A stretch of DNA of 51,769 nucleotides, filler included, from Porpidia crustulata (taxonomy: Eukaryota): the NCBI GenBank assembly GCA_964255105.1. It is 2 parts of 2 records of this genome, joined end to end, with 100 filler letters (N's around TTAATTAATTAA, not from the genome) between each part and the next. Parts side by side here need not be neighbours in the genome. Positions count along the whole stretch, not along the records: positions 1 to 25,860 come from CAXUWE010000043.1; 1 more part is not named here. The stretch is one strand, 5' to 3'. A program made the translations under genes and the position numbers. The notes beneath the pieces were generated by a model that saw nothing but the letters and a program-made list of their open reading frames with translations, did not search any database and was not told where the DNA came from. How positions within the stretch are numbered: the first letter of the stretch is position 1; the number at the start of each line of letters is the position of its first letter. This document shows positions 1-11,269 of this stretch, piece after piece.

Positions 1-188
1 CAAGTTGGAAGACTTGGTCCAATACTACTAGATATGGTGGGTATGGCCGTAACACTCACACGTTTTCACTACGCGTTAAACCATGCAGATTTTAAAAATC
101 TGATCTGAAATTGATTGTTACAACAGATAGTGCTTCTTGGAAATATGTTGTTTCTCGGACAATGTTTGTTGAATATACGAATCGTTAC

Positions 189-288
189 TACTCGTTCCCA
201 CCCCCCAACGGTCCGCCCCAATCAGAATCACTCAATACAACCCTAACCCTAAATGTGGCGGACCTCTCTTTGGGGGTGGGAACGAGTA
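189..288. mobile_element. MITE-like element with terminal inverted repeats and TA ends
   Basis: TACTCGTTCCCACCCCC (189-205) is the exact reverse complement of GGGGGTGGGAACGAGTA (272-288). There is an inner inverted pair GGTCCGCC (210-217)/GGCGGACC (257-264), and the loop contains CCCTAACCCTAA. A related copy lies at 24852-24972. Confidence 0.6.
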
Positions 289-1164
289 CTTGTCGACTCG
301 ATTCAAATTTTACGCTTGATCATTTGAAGATTTCGTCAGCAGTTTCTGTTCTCCAAGGAAAGGCTCGATATTACGAATGTGCTAAGATAGTTCCTGACGA
401 CACCTCATTTTATAAGCCGCACGGTCAAGATTACTCGACCGAAGTGCAGGCATTGGATCGATGTTCAACATGCCCAGAAAAGGTACGCTCAAGTCTTGCA
501 TGGACCCTCTTTCTACTGACAAGACCGCATCCATGATTCTCACTCCCTTTCGACCATTGGTCTTGGTCACCCTCTCCACTTCTGGCACCCTCTCCGATTC
601 TCCTCCCTCCCACCTTTGGCGTCCCAAAGTCCTGATCAACCCATACCAATGCCTGGGGCTTGTGACCGTACCACATGATCAACAACCTCAAGCAAAGCAC
701 TATTTCGAGCTACCGGGGGAAGCCTGGTTCTTGTCGGAAGCGGTGTTATGCAAATGCCTATAATTCCTCTGCGGATATCGTGTATGTTTTTGCCGAATGT
801 CGCTGTCGCTATGGCGGTCGTAAGCGGAAAGTCTCATTGTAAGGTTTGATTTATTGCAAGGCTCGTGCAGTAGGGTCTGGTTATGCAGAGCCTACTGCAC
901 CAGCACCCCGCTCTCGCTTCTATCTTTTAAGTTCCGGACATGCTCGCTGCATCTCTTTCAGGACATGATATTGACGGAGATGAATGATTGTTACTTCGTA
1001 TCACACGCCTACGATCCACGGAAGCGCATGTACAAGTGCTGGCGCTATCCATCATTGGCAATGTGTGTCTATAAACTTGCAGCTTTCTTGACTGAGAGGC
1101 ATTCGAACGACCAGTCGAACCGCCGTACACATCCCTCTTCACGCCTCGGCTTGCTGTTACCCTG

Positions 1165-2192
1165 ATGGCAGCTCAACTTTGTGAGGCCGAGCCAATGACA
1201 AGTGCCTCCACAAACAGTACGGCCATTGATCGTCGAAAATGCAGGCGCATTGTGCCAATGAAAGTACTTGTCCTTGGCATGGGCCGAACAGGAACTACGT
1301 GTGAGTTTCCACCTCCTGGTTGGAGCCACTGAGACTAATCCAGATGTGCCGATCCCAACAGCTATCAGAATGGCACTGAAGCAGCTCGGATGTAATGACA
1401 CATACCACATGATGTCCGCCAGCATCGAGAATCCTCCCGATTGCTTGATGTGGTTAGATGCGTTCGCCGCCAAGTATGATGGAAGGGGATCCTTCGATAG
1501 GACTGATTGGGACCGACTCCTGGGGCATTGCCAGGTGTGGAACTCCCGCAAACTCTGATAGCATCTTAGGCATGGCTCATAGTCAGTTTACGTCTGCAGG
1601 CAGTTTGCGACTGGCCGGCCTGTGCCTTTGCGAAAGAGTTGATCGAAGCATACCCTGAAGCAAAAGTCATTCTGACCAATCGAGACGTTGACTCATGGTA
1701 CAAGTATTGGCTCCCTTTCGTCCCGCATCCTGCGTGGTCAGAATAATATCGCTTATCTTGTACTTCAGATCGACCATGCAGACCGTTTATTGGCGTGCTA
1801 CTGATCCTTGGCTCCGACTGCTATCTTACTTCGACTGGAACGCTGGCCTATACTATCCGATGTTGCGCAAGTTCTTCGACACCATGTTCCGCGGCGACTT
1901 TCCCACCCAGGGTAAGATTGTATTCCGAGAGCACTATGCGCAGGTTCGCGAACTAGTACCATCTTCAAACCTGTTGGAGTACGACATCCGCGACGGCTGG
2001 GGCCCGTTGTGTCGCTTTCTCGACAAAGAGATACCTTTGGAGATAGCTTTCCCACATGTCCATGACGTGGAGACCTTTCGCAGTCGGTCTCGGGCGCGGA
2101 ACCGAAAGCAGACGTTTAATGTTTTGCTCCGATCACTCCCTGCTGCGACGTTGTTGGTGATGATTGCATTGTTGAGCAAGAAACTATTTTAG
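1165..2192 (+). CDS. Sulfotransfer_4-family P-loop protein (fungal members are often labelled NAD-dependent epimerase/dehydratase); spliced, about 4 exons
   Basis: Spliced translation MAAQLCEAE...VPMKVLVLGMGRTGT|..ALKQLGCNDTYHM..WDRLLGHCQ|AVCDWPACAFAKELIEAYPEAKVILTNRDVDSW|..HYAQVRELVPSSNLLEYDIRDGWGPLCRFLDKEIP..FPH. It has a hydrophobic C-terminal tail. The first intron donor GTGAGT is at 1301. Confidence 0.85.
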
Positions 2193-2760
2193 AGTTACCA
2201 TCGAAAGCTGCCTCTATGTTGCAAAGGTGCTTGAGATCCTCTAGGCTCAAACGCTGATTTAGAATACTAAGAAAGTTTGTATCTCATACATTAATTGTAC
2301 TCCCTGCGGTCTTGAACTACCCTGCTATACCTCGCCAAGGTAAGGCCGTGGGGGGGTATATTTGAGTTACCTGGAACTATATTGTGCCGCACTGGTGCGT
2401 ATGCGCAAGGACTTCCTTCGGCCGAGTCTTACTCTCATTGTGACGTACTTCACTAAGGATATACTTCATAGTGGTAAGTCTCCACTGCACCAAGCGTCCA
2501 GGACTCACAAAGATCCTGGATCGGATGCATGTACGAAGTACCAGAGACCAAGAAATTGGTTCCTGGCGTCAGTCCCAACCCATCGTTCATGTCCTACTGC
2601 CATGCATGACTGGTTCGTCAAAGTACGAAAGTATCAATCGTAAATCGGTAGAATCGGCCTGCCCGGGCTACAGCGGACGCATTCTTTGAGGACGAAACAT
2701 ATGGCGATACTGGACTGACCCATGACGGTAATACAGGGCAGCCGGGATTGGTACCAGTAC

Positions 2761-2808
2761 CTAGGTACAATATACCTAGGTACAATATACCTAGGTACAA
2801 TATACCTA
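2761..2808. repeat. 15-bp tandem repeat (CTAGGTACAATATAC)x3
   Basis: Three perfect copies start at 2761, 2776 and 2791; the junctions create the palindrome TACCTAGGTA. Confidence 0.95.
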
Positions 2809-3621
2809 CCCACTTGGCCTTGAACTTCCAGTGCTTATGAGTTGCGTCAGTATAGAATGACCAATGAAGTCATACCGTGCCATGATGAACGCACCAAGAT
2901 GGTGGCCAACTGCCATAAAGAACATTGCGAAGATACGTCTCTCGCCCGGCAACTCTTGCAACGCTATCATACGCAGATGTGATAATTGACGCTGACCCGG
3001 TTGCACGCCAAAACAGCATCAATGCTTTTGGCTTGCGTAAAAGTGACGATGAGTGGCAGAGCCTTACAGGACTCCACCTCTATATGCTTGAAACCCGGCG
3101 ATCAACTCTAGGGGAGGGTTAAAAAGGCATTCCTACGTCGAGAACGGTATGTATGGCACTTCTCGTGGTCTCGGCGGTGCGGCTGCACTCGCCTATGGCT
3201 TAGCCTTCGTCTAAGTAGGAGAATGGAAGCTATGCCGTCTGTTCATTTGCAAATTGACCGTGGAAGAGTTTCCACCACTACGCCAAGAGTTCGTTTAACA
3301 CGATGCTTGGTGCCCTGACAGGAGCGTAATAGCGTTACCTATATTGTCGAAAAAACCACCCTGACGAGGTTTTATCTCCGTATGGGTTTCCAAACAGCAG
3401 AATCCTTAGGTACCAGGACTAAGGCAGCATTATCTTATCATGCAATGCACGTATCAAGGAGTTGCCCCGATATGTCCGCGGTATTTCTTCTCGCAAGAAT
3501 CTTCGCCTAGTGCGTTCAATCCGAGATTTTGTTACCACGCTTAGAAGTATCTCTGGTTCCCTGCATTTTCCGTCTAGACGCTATCCTGGCTCCCGCATGA
3601 TTAGTGCACGACCATGTGATG

Positions 3622-3800
3622 TCTTGAAGGGGATATGCTAGTTGCCCGCCTGGTCGGGCCCGGTCAAGCAGCCGATACAACCGGATCCAGTCGCCAACGT
3701 CGATCGTTTGCATAACCAAATCTTGGGAGGGACATGCTAGTGGCGCGTACGGCCGGGCCCGGTCGAACAGTCGACACAACTGGGTCCAGTTGCTAACCTT
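3622..3800. repeat. Diverged direct repeat, 99-bp period
   Basis: TCTTGAAGGGGATATGCTAG..GGGCCCGGTCAAGCAGCCGATACAAC (from 3622) aligns with TCTTGGGAGGGACATGCTAG..GGGCCCGGTCGAACAGTCGACACAAC (from 3721). Confidence 0.75.
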
Positions 3801-4074
3801 AATTCGCGGTGCCCTATCTAATACATCACACCTGCGGATCTTTGGGAAGAGTAGACCTAGGACCGAGATCACTCACAATACAGGCCGTAGCACCGTGGGA
3901 ACGACGTCCGAGGGCTACGGGGCAAGATGCAATATGAGGGTGGATGTTTGAACATGGCACGGGGTGTTCTTGCACTGAAATTTGCTCCCAATTGAGAACA
4001 TCTATTCCGTTTGTGTTTCGACAATTTGCACCGGCGTGCGGCGGATCATGAGCTAATGGAAATCACAAGTTCAT

Positions 4075-6367
4075 ATGATCTTGCCGGAGAGGTTCGACTT
4101 ACCTGCCATGGCCCCCACCGACCCGAATCGGAATAATGACCCTTTCGACGATGCTCAAAACCAGGCTCTTTACTCCCGCTCAGTAACAGCTCAGGAGCTG
4201 ATTGTTCGAGATATTCAAGAAGAAGACAAGAAGAATCACGGCAGTCACCAAACCCCTATGACCGCCACGGACACGGGAGGTACGAGCATGCGAGTTGCGA
4301 AGATTCACCCGTCAGCGTTACGGAGCCGATCAATGTCTGGATCGAATCAACGCTCAAGCCTGATGAATGCCGACTCAAGCCTGATGAATGCCGGCTCAAG
4401 CCTGATGAATGCCGACTCAAGCCTGATAAGTGCTGCACCATGGCCCATTGTAGGCTTGCCTCTGCAAGAGCCAGAGGGCGTGGCAGCAGAGAACGATGCA
4501 CGAAAGGAGGAAGAAAACCTTCTCAGGGACAATGGGTTACTACCACCAAAGCATGCCGAGAAACTTAGCTCACGCCCTAACACTTTGGAATCGAGGGAAA
4601 GAGGAACCAATCTGTCCTCTGGATCGGCCACAGATGCTACATCAGCAGATGAGAACAACGAGACATCGTCATTGAGCCACACAGATTCCATGCGCACCGA
4701 AACAAGCCCGCTCCTGCCTCGCAAGCAACAGCGCAACGAAGATCTTGCTGCAGAAATTGACTATAAATGGGACGAAGCAGTCGCAGCTGGAAAGATTCAA
4801 ACCAGTTGGCGGAGGGAGGCAAAAGTATTAGCACATCGATCACTGCCTCTGATCATAACTTCCTTCTTACAGTGCTCCCTCACTGTGGCAGGCGTCTTCA
4901 CGGTCGGCCATCTAGGCAAGGTTGAGCTTGGGGCGGTCAGCTTAGGCAGCATGACAGCAAGCATAACTGGCTACGCTACGTACCAAGGGCTCGTCACCTC
5001 TCTCGATACGCTCTGCGCACAAGCTTATGGCTCCGGAAGGAAAAAGCTTGTTGGGTTGCAAATGCAGAGGACGGTGCTGTTCCTCTGGTGCGTGACCATC
5101 CCTATCGGAGCGCTATGGCTTAGCGGTACAGCCATACTTGAGGCTATCCTGCCTGAAAGCGAGAAAGAAGTCGCACGGCTTGCGGGTCTGTACCTAAAGA
5201 TCTTGCTGTACGGTGCTCCTAGTTTGGCGGCGTTCGAGGCTGGCAAGCGGTTCATGCAGGCACAGGGTCTCTTCACTGCGAATCTCTATATTCTACTTTT
5301 CTGCGCGCCATTGAATGCCTTCATGAGCTGGCTTTTCGTCTGGGTAAGCCAATTTCTGAGGCCTGCAATCTCTTCAACCTAGACCTCGCAAGAGGTAGTG
5401 GTTTTAGGCTGCGAATAGCGCCCACTCATCGTCTAATCATTTCGCTAACCATACGATACAGCAATTCAAATGGGGCTTCGTGGGCGCACCCATCGCAATA
5501 GTACTCACCGATAACATCCTCCTGATATGCCTAATCCTCTACGTCCGCTTCATCAGGGGTAGCGAATGCTGGGGCGGTTTTGACAAACGTGCATTTGAGA
5601 ACTGGGGTCCAATAATCTGGCTCGCGATTCCAGGCCTTGTAATGGTGCTCGCGGAGTACCTAGCTTTCGAGATCCTTACCTTTGCCGCAAGCTGGATGTC
5701 TACCTCTCATTTAGCGGCACAGGCTGTGCTAGCTACTATTATTCCGCTGATGTATCAGATTCCAATGCCGGTATCTATCGCAGCGAGTACGCGTATCGCG
5801 AACCTTGTTGGTGCAGGATTGCCGGGGCCAGCGAGAACCGCAGCGAAGGTAGTGCTAGTGGTGGCGTGCTTTTTTGGCGCCGCGAATACCATACTGCTTA
5901 TTACACTGAAGGACTATCTTCCCAGGCTGTTTACACCAGATGACGACGTAAGGAGATTGGTCTCCAACGTCCTTCCAATCTGTGCAGCATTTCAGTTATA
6001 TGATGCGCTTGCTGTGTGTTGCAATGGGATCCTAAGGGGGATTGGAAGGCAGCGGTTTGGAGGATGTGTTTGTCTGTTGGCATATTATGCGGTAAATGAG
6101 CCGCATTGAGATTGGAAATAAGACCAGCTAATCTCGGAACAGATTGCGATACCCATCTCGTTCGGCACTGCATTCGGATTACATTGGCAATTGTATGGAC
6201 TATGGGCCGGGCCGGCAGTGGCGTTGTTTTTGTGAGTGATACACGCGTTTCAAGGCGAGTTTGAACTGATATGTCAAAGAGTGGCGTCTATAGAAGGTGT
6301 CTACATCTACCACACGAGCTGGGAACGAGTCGTTGAGGAAGCTACGAAGCGGAACACCATGGGATAG
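4075..6367 (+). CDS. MATE-family efflux transporter (fungal ERC1-like), spliced
   Basis: ORFs 4075-5382 and 5480-6109 join through introns. Motifs: WDEAVAAGKIQTSWRREAK, GHLGKVELGAVSL, SLDTLCAQAYGSG, LAEYLAFEILT, ASTRIANLVGA, NGILRGIGRQ. The last exon ends ...KRNTMG* at 6367. Confidence 0.93.
4353..4433 (+). repeat. 21-bp coding minisatellite (about 4 copies, SSLMNAD/G) in the MATE N-terminus
   Basis: CTCAAGCCTGATGAATGCCG(A/G) is repeated and translates to SSLMNADSSLMNAGSSLMNADSSLIS. Confidence 0.92.
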
Positions 6368-7003
6368 AGGGCAAGAAGGGAGGTCTAGCCACGAGTTTGC
6401 ATAGGTGCCTACAACATGTTCGACATCGAGCTCAGGAGACAGACGCATTTCCAATTTGGACTGATGAGCCTCAAAGGCACTTTTTCAATACGGATCAGGT
6501 TGACGTGAGAAAGAGTTTGCAAGACTCCACGTTACCACATGGAGTCTTTCGAGAGATGTACAAACCCAGCTCACCGCCAAGGTTCCCAACTAAGCTCGGA
6601 GAGGACCAAGCTACGTAAAAACGCGCTCTCCGCCAAGACACAGATGTGGTGCATTTCATAGAAGCGCAATATGACACCGCATCGAAGGTATAGAAGACTT
6701 GGGCAAGGCCTTGTTGCTTAATTCGGTAATTCCTAGGCCCTTTCTCAGAGATCTAAACAGGCTATGCTTTCGACACTGCGGAATTTGGGCTTGGTACGAT
6801 GACCTTTCCTCGCTGTTGACCGGTCATTGTCATCTTGCTTACGTTTTAGATGGCTTGTCTGCGAAGACTTGCTTGGAGGATTGTGCGGTTAAGAAGTCAA
6901 GCTATAGAAGCTTCTTAGAGAGAATGGGCTAATACGCGGCGTAGAAAATGTGGATGCTAAGGGATGCGAGAGACACTGTCACACAGCTCAAGCCTGTGTA
7001 TCA

Positions 7004-7070
7004 GAAGTAGATAGGCTCGTTGAGTGGCGTGTATAGACTCGAAGTAGATAGACTCGTCAAGTGGCGAGTA
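7004..7070. repeat. Imperfect 30-bp direct repeat upstream of the MFS gene
   Basis: GAAGTAGATAGGCTCGTTGAGTGGCGTGTA (7004-7033) versus GAAGTAGATAGACTCGTCAAGTGGCGAGTA (7041-7070). Confidence 0.75.
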
Positions 7071-7296
7071 CGCTCTGTGTGTGGTCGTAGCCTGACCTAG
7101 TTCTGTGGCTCAACGTAGCATTCCGTCAGTGACATAAATTTCTATTCTATTCTTGCGGCAAGCGCGTGCAAGCGAAGCCGCGGTACTCGTAATAATACAG
7201 TAAATATCAGCCCGTTCACAACAACAATCATGGACTACCTTCATAGTCGCTGAGGACCTCATCTGGCAATACTGGATCTTTCTAAGGTCCCTTGAG

Positions 7297-9457
7297 ATGC
7301 TAGACGAGAGGACCCCACTGATTAAGAAGGGAGATGATGATGACAATGGCACGACAACATCCAATGCCCTTTCCCCTCAAACGGAGCAAGAACAAGCTGC
7401 CGGCCCAGAGTCAAGCACGCCGAACGACACCTCTTCTACAGGCACAAAAGCTATCATCATGGTTTTAATTCTGGGTACAATTCGCCCAGCTTTTCTGCAC
7501 GTCTTCTCAGTGATACCGGCCAGGTCCGCTGATGCCGTCGTCATGATAGGAGTCTTCGTAGCTAATGCTGACGGAAACTTTCTCATCACTGTATATGGCC
7601 AGATCGCCTCCGAATTTAATCACTTTTCAAACGCCGGCTGGCTATTGCTGATGTACCCTCTTGCGACGTGTGCAACTCAGACTCTCGTACGTGCGCTCGA
7701 TTCAATTGTCGAGGCTACATCACTGAACGCATGTTGCATTCCTTACAGTATGGGAAGCTTAGCGATATATATGGGCGAAAGCCCTCGGTGCTGGCGGCGT
7801 ACATGCTTTTCCTAGTAGGATTAGGATTGTGGTATGTCTTCTTAGTTTTACCCAAGCAATTTCCTATTTCTCTTAAATGCGTGCCATACGACTGTTTTTG
7901 ACCATTTGCGGCAGCGGCTTTGCGTCAACCTTATGGCTTCTCATGGTCGGTCGGGTTGTAAGTGGCATTGGTGGGGCTGGGATAGTGCCACTGACAGCAA
8001 TCATTATAACAGGTAGGAAAAATATATACTATCAGTGAGAATCCTCATGAACTTCGCAGATATAATACCTAGAAGACATGTTGCATCCTGGAGAGGCTAT
8101 ACAAACATTGCAGTCACCACTGGACGGGCACTTGGGGGGCCAGTGGGCGGATTTCTTGCAGACACAATCGGATGGCGATGGTCAGAATCTCGTGTATGTC
8201 TCAATTGGGTCAAACAAGTCCTTACGGCTTTTAGGTCTTTCCTCGCACAGTGTCCTGCAATCTTGCTTGCTATTGCGTTAGTAGCCTGGAAGCTACCATC
8301 GACAGGTCGTTTCGGAGCGCAGCAAAGGACTATCAGCAGACTAAGACGGATCGATTTCGTTGGCTCAATTCTCTTGGCTGCCACGCTTACCTGTTCTCTT
8401 CTCGCCTTGAATGCTGGTCTGACGTTGCCGTGGAATGCACCTGTACCATGGGTCCTCGTTGGTACTTCTTTAGTACTTGGTATCCTGTTCTTAATCATAG
8501 AGGCCTATTTCGCATCAGAACCTATTCTTCCTCTTCGGCTACTCCGAAACTGGAATATTGTAGCCTCGTATATTATTATATTTCTTCAAACGTTCTCCCA
8601 GCTTGCAGTAAGCAAATATCAACAACAACTATTCACTAGGGAGCCTAATTGATCGAAGATCATATAGATCATATGCTCGGTTCCCTTATATTTCCAGCTT
8701 ACCGAAAACCTGTCAGCCAGTGTCAGTGGTCTATACCTGCTTCCAGCAGTCGCCGGTAACTGCGTTGCCGGAGTCGCCGCTGGTATCTTAATTAGAGTGT
8801 ATGTCGCTTTCTAACAATGTCAAGCGATACCCACCTAATCATCCTCAATAGGACTGGCCGATACCACTCTATTACTATGACTGGGCTACTGGGCGCCGCT
8901 ATAGGCACTCTACTATTAATTTTGCGGTGGCATAGCCATACTAGCATTGGAGAATCAATGTATATTAGTCTATGCGGCGCTGGATACGGTATAGTTGTAA
9001 CGACCGTATATATTGCCACAACTATAGGTATCGATATATCTGACACTGCTATTGCTGGTGCGGGCTTTTATCAATGTTTAAGTATCGGCTGGGTTAGCGG
9101 AGTGGGCATTGCCACTGCTGTTCTACAGGCAACCCTCCGCCCTGAATTGAGTCGAGGTCTGGATGGTGTCCCTGGCAAGCAAAGAGTATGTCTTTTCAGC
9201 ATTTGTAGAGGAAGCTGACTTTGTCCAGATTATTGAGCAATCACTGTCAGATATAGGCTATGTGCAATCACTGAAGGGCCATGTACATGTGGTCGTTATC
9301 AATGCGTACGTTCGCAGCATTAAGTACACACACGGTAATTCAGCCCTTGCACCCGTCAGAAAAGCTTGCTCACTCTGAAAACGCTGCAGTGCTTTCTCTT
9401 GTCTGTTCATGCCTAGCAATTCTAGTTGGGCTGTTTCTGCCCGAATTGGAACTTTAA
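7297..9457 (+). CDS. MFS transporter, 14-TM drug:H+ antiporter/Vba-like, multi-exon
   Basis: Motifs MLDERTPLI, YGQIASEFNH, YGKLSDIYGRK, GRVVSGIGGAG, GRALGGPVGGFLADTIGWRW, RIDFVG, EPILPLRLL. It ends ...GLFLPELEL* at 9457. Confidence 0.88.
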
Positions 9458-10299
9458 ATCAGGGGCTAAGTGACCACTTTTCTTTGAGATCTAAAAGGAA
9501 ATATTACCTTTGATCCGACTAGATATCTTTCAGCGTGAAGGAAGGAGGTTGGCTCGACCATAGGCTTGAGAATAGAAGAGAGGGGCCACTGAGCTATGGA
9601 CTGCACGATCATAAAGCTTTATGTTTTTATCAGCAGGAGGATTCATGTCACCACTGTGGTTGCGTTTAGTAGGTGCGCGTAAGAAGGATTTACGACCATT
9701 TACGACCTTTTTTGAGAAAATAGCACGGCAATACTTCCGGTAGAGTTGCAGTGTAAACTTGCGGTGATCCTCACTTGACTTCCCTTATCACTCGTACTCA
9801 GCACGGTAATAATGGTAAGGTACCTAGTAAAAGTAGGGGTAGCGTGCTTCTACGTCGTTGAATGCTTAGTACATCTACTCAACCTACCTGATATCAAGAA
9901 GTTCGTAATAGACAGCAATAAGAAGGCTGCCATTGCAGATGTTCAGGGCTCAGCTTAAACGCGTCAACATACATTCCATATCCCTCATCTGATGAACGTT
10001 TGCTATACCTAGACAAGTAGACAAGCGTGACAAGGCCCAATGACCAGATTAAGCGAGGTTGCTGTCAGTCGTCGAAGGCACTTCGTGACTTCGTAGCAGG
10101 GATATTGATTGTTGTACATAAACGGGCGGACTTCCCACCAACGTCTGGCCGGCCTTACAACAATTAATACCACTGATGCGAAGTCCTTGAGGCCGGACGA
10201 CGAATTAAGACTTCAAGCATCTCGAAGAATCTCCAGCCACTGGCCCTTCAGTACGTCTCCGTCTCGACGCCTTTCGTCTCCGTCCCTCTTTCCTCCCCG

Positions 10300-11007
10300 A
10301 TGCTCCCAACTCTCCCATCGCCGCTGGCGAGCGCAGTGGTGCAAGCCGTCTCCATCTCAGCGACAGCCAACATCGTCGCCCAATTGCTAAGCGAGTACCG
10401 CAATGAAAAGCCCTTATCCGTTGACCTTGGGAAGTTCACTCGCTTCTTGATTATATCTATACTCATGGCACCACTCAACTACTGCTGGCAAGCCCTTCTT
10501 GAGCGTACATTTCCGGCCCAACTTTCCGTGGGCAGAAACTCTGCCGACAGCGACAACTACAATATTACCCCGCTACATGACCACGGCGAGAGCGAGGCCC
10601 ACTTACTCATTGACAATGATCCTGAGGAGGAGAATACGGAGGAGGGAAACATACCAAAAGGCAGTACTAGAGGGGATAGCAGGTCTACGGGAAGGCAAGC
10701 TATTAAACTATACATCTGGCACACCTTCCTCAAGTTATTCGTGGACTGCTTCCTGCTCGGCACTTGGTGGAATGTGGTCTTATTCCTTATCCTCAACGGT
10801 GCGTTGAAATTGGAGAGCGGGCTAGAGGTTATGCGTAGTGTGAGGGCGGAAACAGTTCCCATCGTCCTCGACGCATTCAAGATCTGGCCATTTGCCATGG
10901 TTATCGGGCTTACGCTGCTCCCTATGGAAAAAAGGATTGTGTTCTACAGTACTGTCAACTTCTTCTGGGCAATCTACATGAGCTTTGTAGCTGGTCGGGA
11001 GCCATAG
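10300..11007 (+). CDS. Mpv17/PMP22-family membrane protein
   Basis: Single ORF with TANIVAQLL, PLNYCWQALLERTFP, KLFVD, AFKIWP and LPMEKRIVFYSTVNFFWAIYMS, typical of Mpv17/PMP22. Confidence 0.8.
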   Translation: MLPTLPSPLASAVVQAVSISATANIVAQLLSEYRNEKPLSVDLGKFTRFLIISILMAPLNYCWQALLERTFPAQLSVGRNSADSDNYNITPLHDHGESEAHLLIDNDPEEENTEEGNIPKGSTRGDSRSTGRQAIKLYIWHTFLKLFVDCFLLGTWWNVVLFLILNGALKLESGLEVMRSVRAETVPIVLDAFKIWPFAMVIGLTLLPMEKRIVFYSTVNFFWAIYMSFVAGREP

Positions 11008-11269
11008 CGTTGTCATCACGGTTCCAGCAGGCAAGCTTCAGCGACACCACCTAGTGACTTCAACTAGGACGAAGAAAGGATGCGGCATATTTCGCCAAAA
11101 GCCGAGCACGAGATACCTCTGTGCTTGATGACGGTTAACGCAGCTTTTCTCCTTTCTCGGCTTTCCACGATTCTACGTTTCTCGTTCAAGAGTAAGAGCG
11201 GGCAGCAAGTATGATGCAATCTATAGAAAGATGACGCATTGACTCCAGGTCTAGGACAGTCCATGCATT

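Noticed and set aside
240..252. CCCTAA repeats as a telomere or chromosome end
   Set aside because: There are only two units, inside a hairpin element; the same applies at 24904-24920.
111..1165. Several 70-140 aa ORFs at the window start
   Set aside because: They have non-ATG or weak starts and no motifs, and one runs through the MITE; they are treated as spurious.
2761..2808. Short repeats as a CRISPR-like array
   Set aside because: They are head-to-tail repeats without spacers in a eukaryotic context.
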